Source: Roseibacillus sp.
GTDB lineage: Bacteria; Verrucomicrobiota; Verrucomicrobiia; Verrucomicrobiales; Akkermansiaceae
DNA: 64,000 bases
NCBI GenBank assembly: GCA_051251855.1
Contig: JBPOGI010000003.1
Coordinates: forward strand, 352,001-416,000
Direction of reading: 5' to 3'
Shown here: one piece after another, positions 49,338 through 59,900 of the stretch
Layout: the number at the start of each line of letters is the position of its first letter
Position numbering within the stretch: position 1 is the stretch's first letter
Program-made: the position numbers and the translations under genes
The notes under the pieces: generated by a model
Database searches by the model: none
Seen by the model: only the letters and a program-made list of their open reading frames with translations
Told to the model about the DNA's origin: nothing

Positions 49338-49877
49338 ATGAAAAACCAATTACCGACCTTTCTCATCTCCTTCGCCTTGGCATCAGCGGTCAACGGCGCA
49401 ATCTACTCAGTGAACGAATCGTTGTTGCCCTCTAATACGAATCCTGACACTTCGGCCACTGCTGGGGCGGGTGCGATGGGGACTTTTACTGGCTCTTATG
49501 ATACTGCTACCGGAGTTTTAGGTTACACTATGACTTGGTCTGGCCTCAGCAGCTTGATTACGGGCTCGGCAGGTGCTCATATCCACGGGCCTACTCCGTT
49601 GGGTTCTAACGCCGGAGTACTGCACACCATCCTGAGTGGCAGCACTTCGAATGGTGGTACAAGTGGCACCTAGATGGGGAGCTTCACATTTTCCTCCAAC
49701 GCAGGCGCTACCGAAGCAGACTTTCTGGATAACCAATGGTATGTGAATATTCACACTGTTGACAATGGCTCTGGAGAGCTTCGTAGTCAGGTGAACCCTT
49801 CTTTGGTTCCTGAGCCAACAGCGGCATTGTTGTCTGCTGTTGCTTTGCTCGGACTCGGTGTGCGTCGCCGTCGCTAG
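49338..49877 (+). pseudogene. CHRD-domain PEP-CTERM protein interrupted by an in-frame TAG at 49671-49673
   Basis: Two same-frame ORFs join into signal peptide + CHRD (AHIHGP..NAGVL / WYVNIHT...GELRSQ) + VPEPT-TM-RRRR. Confidence 0.8.
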
Positions 49878-49896
49878 TCTCCCTTCACTCACTTTC

Positions 49897-49933
49897 AAAC
49901 GAGCCGGGATATCCATTCCGACTCGTTTTTTTT
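49897..49933 (+). terminator. Rho-independent terminator (possibly bidirectional)
   Basis: AAACGAGCCGGGA...TTCCGACTCGTTT stem with one mismatch and a T8 run, between convergent genes. Confidence 0.7.
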
Positions 49934-49947
49934 GGTCCTTTTTGGAC

Positions 49948-51066
49948 CTAAACGTTGAAGCGGAATTCGATCACGTCGCCATCTTTCACTTCGTATTCCT
50001 TACCTTCGATACGGTATTTACCGGCATCGCGGGCGGCGGATTTGGAACCAAGAGTGGTGAGGTCGTCGTAGTGAACGACTTCGGCAGCGATGAACCCGCG
50101 TTCGAAGTCGGTGTGGATAACTCCTGCGGCGGCGGGGGCTTTATCCCCAGTGCGGATGGTCCAGGCGCGCGTTTCTTGCTCGCCGGTGGTGAGGTAGGTG
50201 CGCAGGCCAAGAAGGTGGTAGACGCCTTTGATGAGAGTTGAGACCCCGGAGTCGGTGACGTTCATGTCGGTGAGGAATTCTTGCGCGTCCTCGGGGGAGA
50301 GGTCGATGAGTTCCTCTTCGATACGGGCTGAGATGACGATGGCTTCGGCTCCATGAGCCTCGGCGGCGTAGTCTTGTACCTTTTTGACGAGAGGATGGCT
50401 CTGTGGGTCGGCTGTCGCATCTCCGAGCTCGTCTTCGGAGACGTTACAGGCAAAAATGGTGCGCTTGTTAGAGAGAAGGGCGAACTCGCGTTGGAGGAGC
50501 TTGCGCTCGTCGTCGCTAAGATCGGCGGTGATGGCGGGCTTGCCTTCGTCGAGGTGGGGAATGAGTTTTTCGCAGAGGGCGACTTCGGCGGCGGCTTCTT
50601 TGTCGTTGCTGCGAGCTTTTTTGGCGCGGGATTCTTTGCGTTTTTCGAGGGAGGCGATGTCGGCGAGGATGAGCTCGGAGTTGATAATCTCGATGTCACG
50701 TGTGGGGTCGACGGAACCGAGCTCGTGAATGATGTCGTCATTTTCGAAGCAGCGCACGACTTGCACGATGGCGTCGACTTCGCGGATGTTAGCGAGGAAT
50801 TTATTGCCGAGGCCTTCGCCCTTGGAGGCTCCTTCTACGAGGCCGGCGATGTCGACGAATTCAATGGCGGTGGGGATCAGTTCTTTGGAACCGGAGATTT
50901 TAGAAAGAACGGCGAGACGCTCATCAGGCACGGTGACGACTCCGACGTTGGGGTCGATAGTGCAGAAGGGGTAGTTGGCGGCTTCCGCTTTGCGAGTGCG
51001 GGTGAGGGCGTTGAAGAGGGTGGACTTTCCTACGTTGGGCATTCCGACGATTCCGGCTTGAAGCAT
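49948..51066 (-). CDS. ychF: Redox-regulated ribosome-binding ATPase YchF
   Basis: [71 protein letters not shown]. Confidence 0.98.
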   Translation of the reverse strand: MLQAGIVGMPNVGKSTLFNALTRTRKAEAANYPFCTIDPNVGVVTVPDERLAVLSKISGSKELIPTAIEFVDIAGLVEGASKGEGLGNKFLANIREVDAIVQVVRCFENDDIIHELGSVDPTRDIEIINSELILADIASLEKRKESRAKKARSNDKEAAAEVALCEKLIPHLDEGKPAITADLSDDERKLLQREFALLSNKRTIFACNVSEDELGDATADPQSHPLVKKVQDYAAEAHGAEAIVISARIEEELIDLSPEDAQEFLTDMNVTDSGVSTLIKGVYHLLGLRTYLTTGEQETRAWTIRTGDKAPAAAGVIHTDFERGFIAAEVVHYDDLTTLGSKSAARDAGKYRIEGKEYEVKDGDVIEFRFNV

Positions 51067-51141
51067 GAGGGTGAGATGCGGGAAAAACGCGAAAAGAGAA
51101 AGGCTAAAGTGAAGGTCAGGGATAGGAATCTCCCTGCGCTG

Positions 51142-51657
51142 CTAAGCGGCAGCCTCGGGGTCCGGCTCTTCCTCGAACTCGGGAAGGTTCATGGGTGGAA
51201 GTTCGAGAGCCTTACCTTCGATATCGATGAAGGTGGCGTCATTGCTGCCGTCAAGAGAAGGGAGGATTCCTCGGAACTCTTTGCTGTCGGCTGGTGAGGA
51301 GGCAGGGAGTGGCGGGAGCTCGAGAGGAGGGAGTGGGGCGACTTTTTTTGGGGGAGTTTTTGGCGCCTTTTTTGAGATGGGCGCAGAAGGGCTCAGCTTC
51401 TTCTTAGGAAGGGTGTTTTTCGCGAGAAGACGGGTCTTTTGTTTGGGAGCTGTGGTGGGCGTTTTCTTGACGAGCAGTCTTTGGGCTGAGGTGCCTTCGG
51501 GTAAAAAGCGGGTGGGATCGGCTTTCGTGAGGCGAAGCTTTGGCTCGCGGGTGCCGATTGTGTTTTCTTTAAGCTTAGCTGCGGTTTCTTGAACCGAACT
51601 GCAAGAGCTGAAAGCAACGAGCGGCATGACCGCAAGAAGGAGGAGTGGGGTTTTCAT
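51142..51657 (-). CDS. Hypothetical Lys/Pro-rich lipoprotein
   Basis: Signal peptide with lipobox FSSC; low-complexity body; fills the gap between tkt and ychF. Confidence 0.65.
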   Translation of the reverse strand: MKTPLLLLAVMPLVAFSSCSSVQETAAKLKENTIGTREPKLRLTKADPTRFLPEGTSAQRLLVKKTPTTAPKQKTRLLAKNTLPKKKLSPSAPISKKAPKTPPKKVAPLPPLELPPLPASSPADSKEFRGILPSLDGSNDATFIDIEGKALELPPMNLPEFEEEPDPEAAA

Positions 51658-51789
51658 GGCAGGGGGTGAGGTGATTTAAGATCTTTTCCGACAAGTTCAA
51701 GCACGGAACTTGGTAACGATTTCGATACTTTAGACAGCCCTTCGTTCAAAAAGGTCAGCATAATTACGGCCAAAGTTTTGATTTGGATC

Positions 51790-51818
51790 AAAAAAAGCGG
51801 CCTAAAATAGGCCGCTTT
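51790..51818 (-). terminator. Rho-independent terminator of tkt
   Basis: AAAGCGGCCTA-AAA-TAGGCCGCTTT perfect stem with a T7 run on the minus strand. Confidence 0.85.
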
Positions 51819-51846
51819 CGCTGAAGGTAAATTATTCTTAGCTAGG

Positions 51847-53817
51847 TTAAGCGAGTGCTTTCTCGATGGCTTCGACAGTGATGCCGAGCTCTGAGAAGAC
51901 GGTGTCGCCGGGAGCGGAGATGCCGAAGCGGTCGATAGCGATGATTTCGCCTTCGCATCCAACATACTTATACCAGAGTCCGGAAACGCCGGCCTCGATA
52001 GCGATGCGCTTGGTGCAGGCCTTGGGGAGAACTTCTTCTTGGTAGTCGGCGCCTTGGCGGTCGAAGCGTTCCATGGAGGGCATGGAGACGACACGGACAC
52101 CAGACTTGCCAGCGGCGGCCTTGATGGCGTGCTGAAGCTCGGAGCCTGTCGCGATGACGATGGCTTCGAGGGCTCCTTCTTCTTTCTTGGCGATGTAAGC
52201 GCCTCGGCTAGTGCCTTCGCGGCGGGCGGTGACGTCGAGTTGCTTCTGGGTCACGACCTTTTGGCGAGAAAGGATGAGGGCGGTAGGTCCGTCGGTGCGG
52301 AGGAGGGCAGAGGCCCAAGCGCCGGCGACTTCCTCGGGGTCTCCGGGGCGAATGACGTCGAGGTTTGGAATCACGCGCAAGCCACTGACGGTCTCGACAG
52401 GCTGGTGAGTGGGGCCGTCTTCACCGACACCAACGGAGTCGTGGGTGAAGATATAGATGACGGGGAGTTTAGCCAATCCGGCGAGGCGGATGGAAGGGCG
52501 CACGTAGTCGGCGAAGACGAGGAAGGTCGCGCCGCTGGGACGGAAGAGGCCGTCGTAGGCGATGCCGTTGCAAATCGCGCCCATGGCGTGCTCGCGGATA
52601 CCGAACCAGATGTTTTTGCCTTCTGGAGTAGAAGCGCTGTAGTCGCCGGCGTCCTTGAGGTAGTTCTTGGTAGAACCGTAAAGGTCAGCAGAACCGGTGA
52701 TAAGGCTGGGGACGAGCTTGGAGACTTCATTGATGACCACGCCGCCTGCGCCACGAGTGGCGTCTGCGTAGTCGTCGCCGAAGGCTGGGATGGTGTCGCG
52801 AAGGTCGCTAGGAATGGCTCCGGAGACGCAGTCCTGAAGCTCTTTCGCCAACTCGGGGTTGGCGGCGGTCCAGGCATCGTAAGTGGTCTGCCAAGCGTCG
52901 AAGGCTGCTTTCTTCTCTTCGGCTTTGGCGGCAAAGTGAGCTTTCACTTCGTCGGAGACGTGGAAGGTGTCTGCAGGAAGGCCGAGTCCAGCGCGCGCGC
53001 TTTCGGCAAAGTTGGCTCCGCCTTCGCCGTGGCCTTTGGCTGTGCCAGCAACTTCGGGGATACCGCGACCGATTTCGGTCTTGGCGATGATGACGGTGGG
53101 CTTGCCGTTCTTGGTGTTCTTTGCGGCTTCGAGGGCTGCAGCGACGGCGGCGTGATCGTGACCGTCGATAGTGGAGGCGTTCCAGTTGAGTGACTTGAAG
53201 TAGGCTTCGGTGTCCCAGCACTGGGTGACCTTGGCCATGGCGTCGAGAGTGACGTCATTAGAATCATAAATGAGGATGAGGTTATCGAGCTCGTTTTGAC
53301 CGGCAAAGGCGATCGCTTCTTGGGCGACACCTTCTTGGAGGCAGCCGTCACCAGCGAGGGCAACGACGTCGTGGTTGAAGAGAGTATGCTCGGCAGTGTT
53401 GAACTTGGCCGCAGCGCGCTTGCCAGACATGGCGTAACCGACGGCATTACCGACGCCTTGACCGAGAGGGCCAGTGGTGGCTTCGACACCTGGAGTCTCG
53501 TCATACTCGGGATGGCCGGGAGTGATGCTGTGAAGCTTGCGGAAGTCTTTGAGCGCTTGAAGTGGGACGTCATAGCCGGAGAGGTGCAACCAGCTGTAGA
53601 TGAACATAGAACCGTGACCTGCGGACAAGATGAAGCGGTCGCGGTTGAGCCACTTGGGAGCGGCAGGGTTGAAGTTGAGAGACTCGGAGAAAAGGACGGA
53701 ACCGATTTCGGCACAACCGAGGGGGAGTCCGAGGTGGCCGGAAGAGCAGGCGTGGACGGCATCAATGGCGAGGCCGCGAGCTTCGGCGGCGGCTTTTTGC
53801 AAAACTTCTGTGTTCAT
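51847..53817 (-). CDS. tkt: Transketolase
   Basis: [67 protein letters not shown]. Confidence 0.98.
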   Translation of the reverse strand: MNTEVLQKAAAEARGLAIDAVHACSSGHLGLPLGCAEIGSVLFSESLNFNPAAPKWLNRDRFILSAGHGSMFIYSWLHLSGYDVPLQALKDFRKLHSITPGHPEYDETPGVEATTGPLGQGVGNAVGYAMSGKRAAAKFNTAEHTLFNHDVVALAGDGCLQEGVAQEAIAFAGQNELDNLILIYDSNDVTLDAMAKVTQCWDTEAYFKSLNWNASTIDGHDHAAVAAALEAAKNTKNGKPTVIIAKTEIGRGIPEVAGTAKGHGEGGANFAESARAGLGLPADTFHVSDEVKAHFAAKAEEKKAAFDAWQTTYDAWTAANPELAKELQDCVSGAIPSDLRDTIPAFGDDYADATRGAGGVVINEVSKLVPSLITGSADLYGSTKNYLKDAGDYSASTPEGKNIWFGIREHAMGAICNGIAYDGLFRPSGATFLVFADYVRPSIRLAGLAKLPVIYIFTHDSVGVGEDGPTHQPVETVSGLRVIPNLDVIRPGDPEEVAGAWASALLRTDGPTALILSRQKVVTQKQLDVTARREGTSRGAYIAKKEEGALEAIVIATGSELQHAIKAAAGKSGVRVVSMPSMERFDRQGADYQEEVLPKACTKRIAIEAGVSGLWYKYVGCEGEIIAIDRFGISAPGDTVFSELGITVEAIEKALA

Positions 53818-53957
53818 GGAAAGGCGCGAACGTTGGATAATTGGGGATAAATGACAAGTCACAACCGCTATGAAAACGGAAAGTGTTAAGCAGAAGACGA
53901 GTTCATGAGGGACTCCTTTAGGGGAATTCGGGGTGGTCGGGTGGGGTGTGGATCGCC

Positions 53958-54156
53958 GAGGCCTTGAAAAACCAAATGTTCAAAAACTCAAAAACCAAAG
54001 CTGTTTGCTCCCCGTCCTTCTAGACTCAGCGACGAGAAGAATTCCCCGAACCGATCAGGAGTCCACGAAGCTTATCCCACTCCTGAGAATCCCCGGCCAC
54101 TTCGAGCACTCAATTTTGGTTTTTGAGTTTTTGAACATTTGGTTTTTCAAGGTCTC
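53958..54156. mobile_element. Gene-less (MITE-like) copy of the 43-bp inverted-repeat element
   Basis: 53958-54000 and 54114-54156 are reverse complements at 41/43 nt. 53958-54000 matches the reverse complement of 42183-42225 at 42/43 nt. Internal segment is 113 bp. Confidence 0.65.
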
Positions 54157-54238
54157 TAGGATCTTCCCCCCACCCTCGAACCCCGAATCTTCCCTTTCCG
54201 CGTGACCTCGCAGCTCCGTCCGCTAAAAGAACCTCGCC

Positions 54239-54520
54239 GTGAAGTTCCTCCTGAAATCCCTCGTGCACGGTTACCGGCTGTTTATTCGCCCGTTTCTTCA
54301 TTGGGCGAGTGGGGGAAAGGGGACTTGTCGCTACGATCCATCGTGCTCGGCTTACTTTTTAGAGGCGATTGACACACACGGGAGCGGAAAAGGGGCCTGG
54401 ATCGGGATTAAAAGGATTTTGCGCTGTCATCCATGGGGTGGGTTTGGTTATGACCCCGTCCCGCCGACGGGTGGTTCCGCTCAGGAGTCAATATCCCCGG
54501 AAGACGGCACACAGGACTAA
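54239..54520 (+). CDS. yidD: Membrane protein insertion efficiency factor
   Basis: [36 protein letters not shown]; directly upstream of yidC. Confidence 0.95.
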   Translation: MKFLLKSLVHGYRLFIRPFLHWASGGKGTCRYDPSCSAYFLEAIDTHGSGKGAWIGIKRILRCHPWGGFGYDPVPPTGGSAQESISPEDGTQD

Positions 54521-54524
54521 CATT

Positions 54525-56471
54525 ATGGACCGTAAGGGAATTTTTGGGCTGCTGGTCTGCGGAATACTATTCGCAGGTCATCTCTATTATAGTGGTATCG
54601 AGCGAAAAGAGTTCCTCGAGAAACAGGCCGCTAAGAAGGAACTCGCTGAAAAACGTAAGGCCGAAGAGGCGTTGGCGAGGGGCGAAGATCCCGAAGCTGT
54701 TGCTGAGGGTTCAGTCGAAGGTGGGGAAACTACTTCCGACTCTATCCCTGCTTCAGCGGCGACTCCTGAGCAGGAAATTCGTCTCGAGACCGATAAAGTG
54801 GCTTTCGTGCTGACGACCAAGGGCGGTGGTATCAAGTATGCCGAGTTTAAGGAGCAAAAGGCGGTTGTGATTTCATCTGAGCGCAAGAAGTTGAGCGAGG
54901 AGCAACTGGAGAACCCGGAGTTGGTTCATCTCAATCGCTACGGTGATTCGGTGGTGGGAGCTTTGGTCGATGGTGGAGTGGATGGAGCTTTGGGGCTGAC
55001 TTACGACATTTTCGCTCAAAATGAGAACAGTGTCACCTTTGGGACGAAGACGCCAAGTGGCCTGACGATTGCCAAGACGTGGACTCTTGTCGAAATCGTC
55101 AACGAGGCGGCGGAGTATCGCATCGACCTGACCGTCAAGCTGAAGAACAGTAACGGAGAAGGTAATATCGCGCTGAAGCGCTACGGGATTCATGCGGGGT
55201 CGGCTGGTCCTTTGTTCAAGGGGGAAGACCTACGCGGTACAGGATTCTTTATCTATGATGGTAAGTTGCGCTTTAAGGGCTCGAACTGGTTTGGCAAGGG
55301 CTTCATGCGGGGGCCGCGCCCACGCTATGAGGAGATGAAGGAAGACGTTCTCTATGCGGGTGTTTCGAACCAGTTCTTCACCACGATGGTGGGCAAGAAA
55401 AAGCCGACCGATGCGACGATTTGGGCGAAGGCGCCTGAGATGGATTTGGAGGCTACGGGAGGTGGAGGCAAGAAGCGCTTTGTGAGTATGGCTTGGTCTT
55501 TGCCTGACGAAGTGCTCGCTCCCGGTGAGACGGAGTCAATCGCCTACGAGGTGTTCATGGGACCGAAGGATAACAAGATTGTGCGCCAATTGGGCCGAGG
55601 TCGTGGCGAGTTGATGCACTACGGATTCTTCTCGTTCATCAGTCGTCCGCTCAACGCTTTGTTGAATTTCTATCACGATACCATCTTCGTTAAGATTGCT
55701 GACAAGTGGGCGTGGGGTTTTGCGATTATTTTGGTGACCTTCACGATTCGGATTGTGATTTGGCCGCTGCACAATGCGTCTACCCGCACGATGAAGCGGA
55801 TGTCGAAGATGCAGCCTTTGATGGCGGAGTTGAAGGAGAAGTATCCTGACGATCCGCAGAAGGTTCAGACCGAGACGATGAAGATGTATAAGGAATACGA
55901 CATCAATCCGGTGGGTGGGTGTTTGCCGATGTTTGCGCAGATTCCGATCTTCTTTGGTTTCTATTCTATGCTGCGTTCGGCGGTGGAGCTACGTGGGGCG
56001 GAGTTCATGTGGGTGAAGGATTTGGCGCTGCCGGATACTGTTTTCGAATTTCCTTTTGGACTGCCGTTTTTGGGGAATCCGGTGCCGTTGAATTTGCTGC
56101 CTATCTTGATGATGGCGACGATGTTTATTCAGATGCAGATGACACCTAAGACGGGTGATCCGATGCAACGCCGCATCTTTATGTTGATGCCGTTTATGTT
56201 CTTTTTCTTCTGTTACAACTTTGCTTCGGCATTGGCGTTGTATTGGACGGCGCAGAACATTTTCTCGATTGGTCAGACGTGGTTGATGAACCGTCAGCCA
56301 GAAATTGAGCTGAAAAAGCGCAAGCCGGGTAAGAAGAGTTTCATGCAGAAGATGGCCGAAAAAGCGGAAGAGGCGCAGAAGCTTCAGAAGCAGGGGAAAA
56401 AGGCGACCGCGACCAAGCAGGCAGCCGGACCTAAGCCGAAGAAGCCGCGCGGGCCTAAGACCGGTGGGTAG
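54525..56471 (+). CDS. yidC: Membrane protein insertase
   Basis: N-terminal TM, large periplasmic domain, WGFAIILVTFTIR, NPVGGCLPMFAQIPIFF, WVKDLALPD, LALYWTAQN. Confidence 0.96.
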   Translation: MDRKGIFGLLVCGILFAGHLYYSGIERKEFLEKQAAKKELAEKRKAEEALARGEDPEAVAEGSVEGGETTSDSIPASAATPEQEIRLETDKVAFVLTTKGGGIKYAEFKEQKAVVISSERKKLSEEQLENPELVHLNRYGDSVVGALVDGGVDGALGLTYDIFAQNENSVTFGTKTPSGLTIAKTWTLVEIVNEAAEYRIDLTVKLKNSNGEGNIALKRYGIHAGSAGPLFKGEDLRGTGFFIYDGKLRFKGSNWFGKGFMRGPRPRYEEMKEDVLYAGVSNQFFTTMVGKKKPTDATIWAKAPEMDLEATGGGGKKRFVSMAWSLPDEVLAPGETESIAYEVFMGPKDNKIVRQLGRGRGELMHYGFFSFISRPLNALLNFYHDTIFVKIADKWAWGFAIILVTFTIRIVIWPLHNASTRTMKRMSKMQPLMAELKEKYPDDPQKVQTETMKMYKEYDINPVGGCLPMFAQIPIFFGFYSMLRSAVELRGAEFMWVKDLALPDTVFEFPFGLPFLGNPVPLNLLPILMMATMFIQMQMTPKTGDPMQRRIFMLMPFMFFFFCYNFASALALYWTAQNIFSIGQTWLMNRQPEIELKKRKPGKKSFMQKMAEKAEEAQKLQKQGKKATATKQAAGPKPKKPRGPKTGG

Positions 56472-56954
56472 GTTTGCCTGGGAGAAAGAGCTCCGATCAG
56501 AAGGATTGCTTCGGACTCCTACTTGGTCATCAGCAGTCAGGTAATTGGTAGGGAGCTGCGGCCCTGTCGCGCCGTAATTTTTCATTGAATAGTCAGCTGT
56601 CTTTTTTAGTGATTGAAGAAGCTTAGTTGGAAAGAAAAGCCGATGTTTTCTCCGTATCTTTAGCCTAGGGAGAAGAGCTCCTGTTCATTTGGAAAGATGG
56701 GTGTCTTACCTATGAATGTTCTCAGCGGGCTAGGGCGGTCGCTTCCTACCGTTTTGAATGACCGCTGACGCCCGATTTTGGCGGAAATAACTTGGAATTC
56801 AGTGCTGAGAAGACCTTCCAAGTTCTCTCTTAACAGACTCTTAACTTAACAGATTTTCGAAAATTTCTTAGGTTCCTCTCGAATATCGCACAGCGTTTCT
56901 TCTCTTCCTTTGGAGCGGCTGTGTTTTTACCCAAGAAACCAACGAGAATCCCCA

Positions 56955-59900
56955 ATGTTACAAAAACCCCTTTTGACGAAGATCGCTTCTAAGGTCTGCC
57001 TGTCTTTTATCGGCTCCTTAATGATCGGCTCCGCAGGTGCGCAGGTGCTGATCACGGAGTTCATGGCAAAGAATGACAACACTCTACTCGATGGAGATGG
57101 GAATTCTTCTGATTGGATTGAACTTTATAACTCTGGAACCAGTGCCGTTGACCTGACTGGTTGGTATTTGAGTGATGATGCGGCGAATCTAACGGAGTGG
57201 GCTTTTCCGACCCAGAGTATTGCTGCGGGTGAGCATCTGGTGGTCTTTGCTTCGGGGCAGGACGTAGTGGGATACGCTGACTCTTTGGGTTACCTTCACA
57301 CTACTTTTAAGCTCAACGGGGATACTGAGAGTGTGATTCTCACGCAGGCTGATGGAACGACTATTGAGGATTCGTTCATCGACTATCCGGTGCAGTCCGA
57401 CGATATTTCCTACGGGTTGTCGCAAGATTCTGGTTTTTCTTCCCTAGTGGTCGAGGAGCAGGATGCCACCGCGATTGCAGGAACTGCGGAGCCTGCATCG
57501 ACTTGGAATACTCTGAGCTTCGATGACTCTTCTTGGCAGTCTGGGCAAACTGGAGTTGGTTACGAGGATCTTCCTCCGGGAGGCACATCAGTTTATGGCT
57601 CACTCATTAACTTGGATCTTGAGAGCACGATGGTGAGTGGCGGAAGGCCTCCCAGTGCTGAAAATACCGCCTATGTGCGTGTTGATTTCACGGTGGCGGA
57701 TGCGTCCGTGCTTTCCCAATTGGTCTTGCGGATGAAATACGATGACGGGTTTGTCGCCTATATTAATGGTACTGAAGTGGCCTCGGCAAACGCGCCTGCT
57801 TCTCCAACCTATGATTCGACAGCGCTGGCTGAGCATACTGGCAGTGCTTACGAAGATTTCACCATTCTGAATGTCGGTTCCTTTTTGCAAACGGGAAACA
57901 ATGTGCTGGCGGTTCACTCCTTGGATTACCCCGTGACGCCAGGACCTGGTGGTGGGACCTTTGACTTGTTCGCTCTGCCGGTGTTGACCGGAATCACAGC
58001 GGGAGCGATCGATACCAATTCGGCGGTTTATCTGAGCACGCCGACACCTGGAGCAGACAATGTGATAGGGGTTCAAGGTTTCGTGGATGACACCTCCTTC
58101 TCGATTGATCGAGGATTCTATACCAGCGCGATTAATGTGGAAGTCACCTGTCTCACGGTAGGATCAGAAATCTACTACACAACGGACGGTACTATTCCAA
58201 CCACGAGTAATGGCACGCTCTATACCGGAGCGATTCCCATCAGTCAGACGACGATTCTTCGCGCTGCGGCCTTCTTGACGGGTTATCAAGAAAGCAATGT
58301 GGATACTCAGACCTACATCTTCCTCAGTGATATTATTGCACAATCTGCAACGGTGACGGGGTTGGATCCGTATTTTCCTCCCAATTCGGTCAATGGACAG
58401 GTCTTCGACTACGGGATGGATGCCGACATCACGAACAGCGCCACTTATTCCGGTGAAATGGATGGAGCTCTGAAGGCGATCCCAACCATTTCGATGGTGA
58501 CTGATCCTGATAACTTGTTCAGCGCTTCGTCAGGTATCTATGTGAACGCGAGTGAGAGTGGGGAAGCTTGGGAGAGAGAGACATCGCTCGAGCTGATCAA
58601 TCCTGACGGCAGCCCGGGATTTCAAATCAATGGTGGGGTGCGTATTCGCGGAGCTTCCAGTACCCGTGCTACGAATCCTAAGCATAACTTCCGCTTCTTC
58701 TTTCGGTCGGAATACGGAACGACTCGGCTTGAGTATCCGCTCTTTGGTGATGAGGGTGCGGACAGCTACAAGAGAATCGACCTCCGAACTGGTCAGAACT
58801 TTTCGTGGTCAAATCAGAACCCTCAGTATGCTACTTGGCTCTATGATATTTACACGCGTGACACTCATCGCGATATGAACCAGCCCTACACTCGCGGGGA
58901 ATATTATCACCTCTACATTAATGGCATGTATTGGGGTCTTTATCAGACCGAGGAGCGCTGCAATGCGGATTTCGCGGAATCATACTACGGGGATGATGAC
59001 GATGATTTTGATGCAGTGAAGTCAGATGCGGACACTGGGGATAACTATGCCGTGGATGGAACGCGTGACGCCTATGAAGACTTGTGGGCAGGCATGACTG
59101 CAGGGGTGACCTCCAATGCGGATTACTTCGAGTTGCAAGGAATGAACTCTGATGGCACCGTCAACTCCAGCTACACCAAGTTGCTCGACGTCGATAACGT
59201 TATTGATTACATGCTGTTGACTTACTTTACCGGAAACCGCGACTCGCCTATTGGCCCGCCGAATAGTGGCTCCATGCCACGGAACCTAAACATGGTTTAT
59301 AACCGGCTCAATCCCGATGGTTTCAAGTTTGTAGCTCATGATAACGAGCATTCCTTAGAAGTGAGCGAAGGGGTTAACTTTAATCGCTTGAGCCATAATC
59401 TCGCCAGCTCGTTCGATGGAATTGACCGGCTGACGCCTTGGTGGATTCATGTGGAGCTGATGGATAACACGGAGTATAAACTTCGTTTTGCAGACCGTGT
59501 GCACAAACACTTCTTTAATGATGGAGCTCTCACCACTGCGCAAAACCAAAACCGAGTGGAGGCTCGGAAGGCTGAAATTTTTTCTGCAGTCGTCGCTGAG
59601 TCGGCGCGTTGGGGTGATAGCGAATCCACTAGTCCGCGCACTCGAAATGATGACTGGTTGACTTGGGCCGACTGGCTCACCGACACTTACATGTCTGGGC
59701 GGACAAGCACGGTGTATAGCCAGATTGTGGCGAAGGGGTGGTATCCGACGGTTGCGGCACCTGTCTTCAGTCAGCACGGCGGTGGCATTGCTTCCGGAAC
59801 TACCGTCTCGATGACGGGAAGCGGTACTATCTATTACACTACTGATGGTACCGACCCGCGTGCGGTGGGTGGCTCTGTGGCGGGGACTGCTTATAGTTCT

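Noticed and set aside
49671..49673. Pyrrolysine or genetic-code reassignment of TAG
   Set aside because: Many genes in the window end normally at TAG, and no pyl machinery is present in the window.
41709..54156. The 43-bp repeats as a CRISPR array or classical IS ends
   Set aside because: The copies are inverted pairs, not direct repeats with spacers. No cas genes, transposase or target-site duplication are visible.
56476..56681. Imperfect 19-bp direct repeat (GCCTGGGAGAAAGAGCTCC / GCCTAGGGAGAAGAGCTCC) after yidC
   Set aside because: Only two imperfect copies with nothing identifiable between them; chance cannot be excluded.
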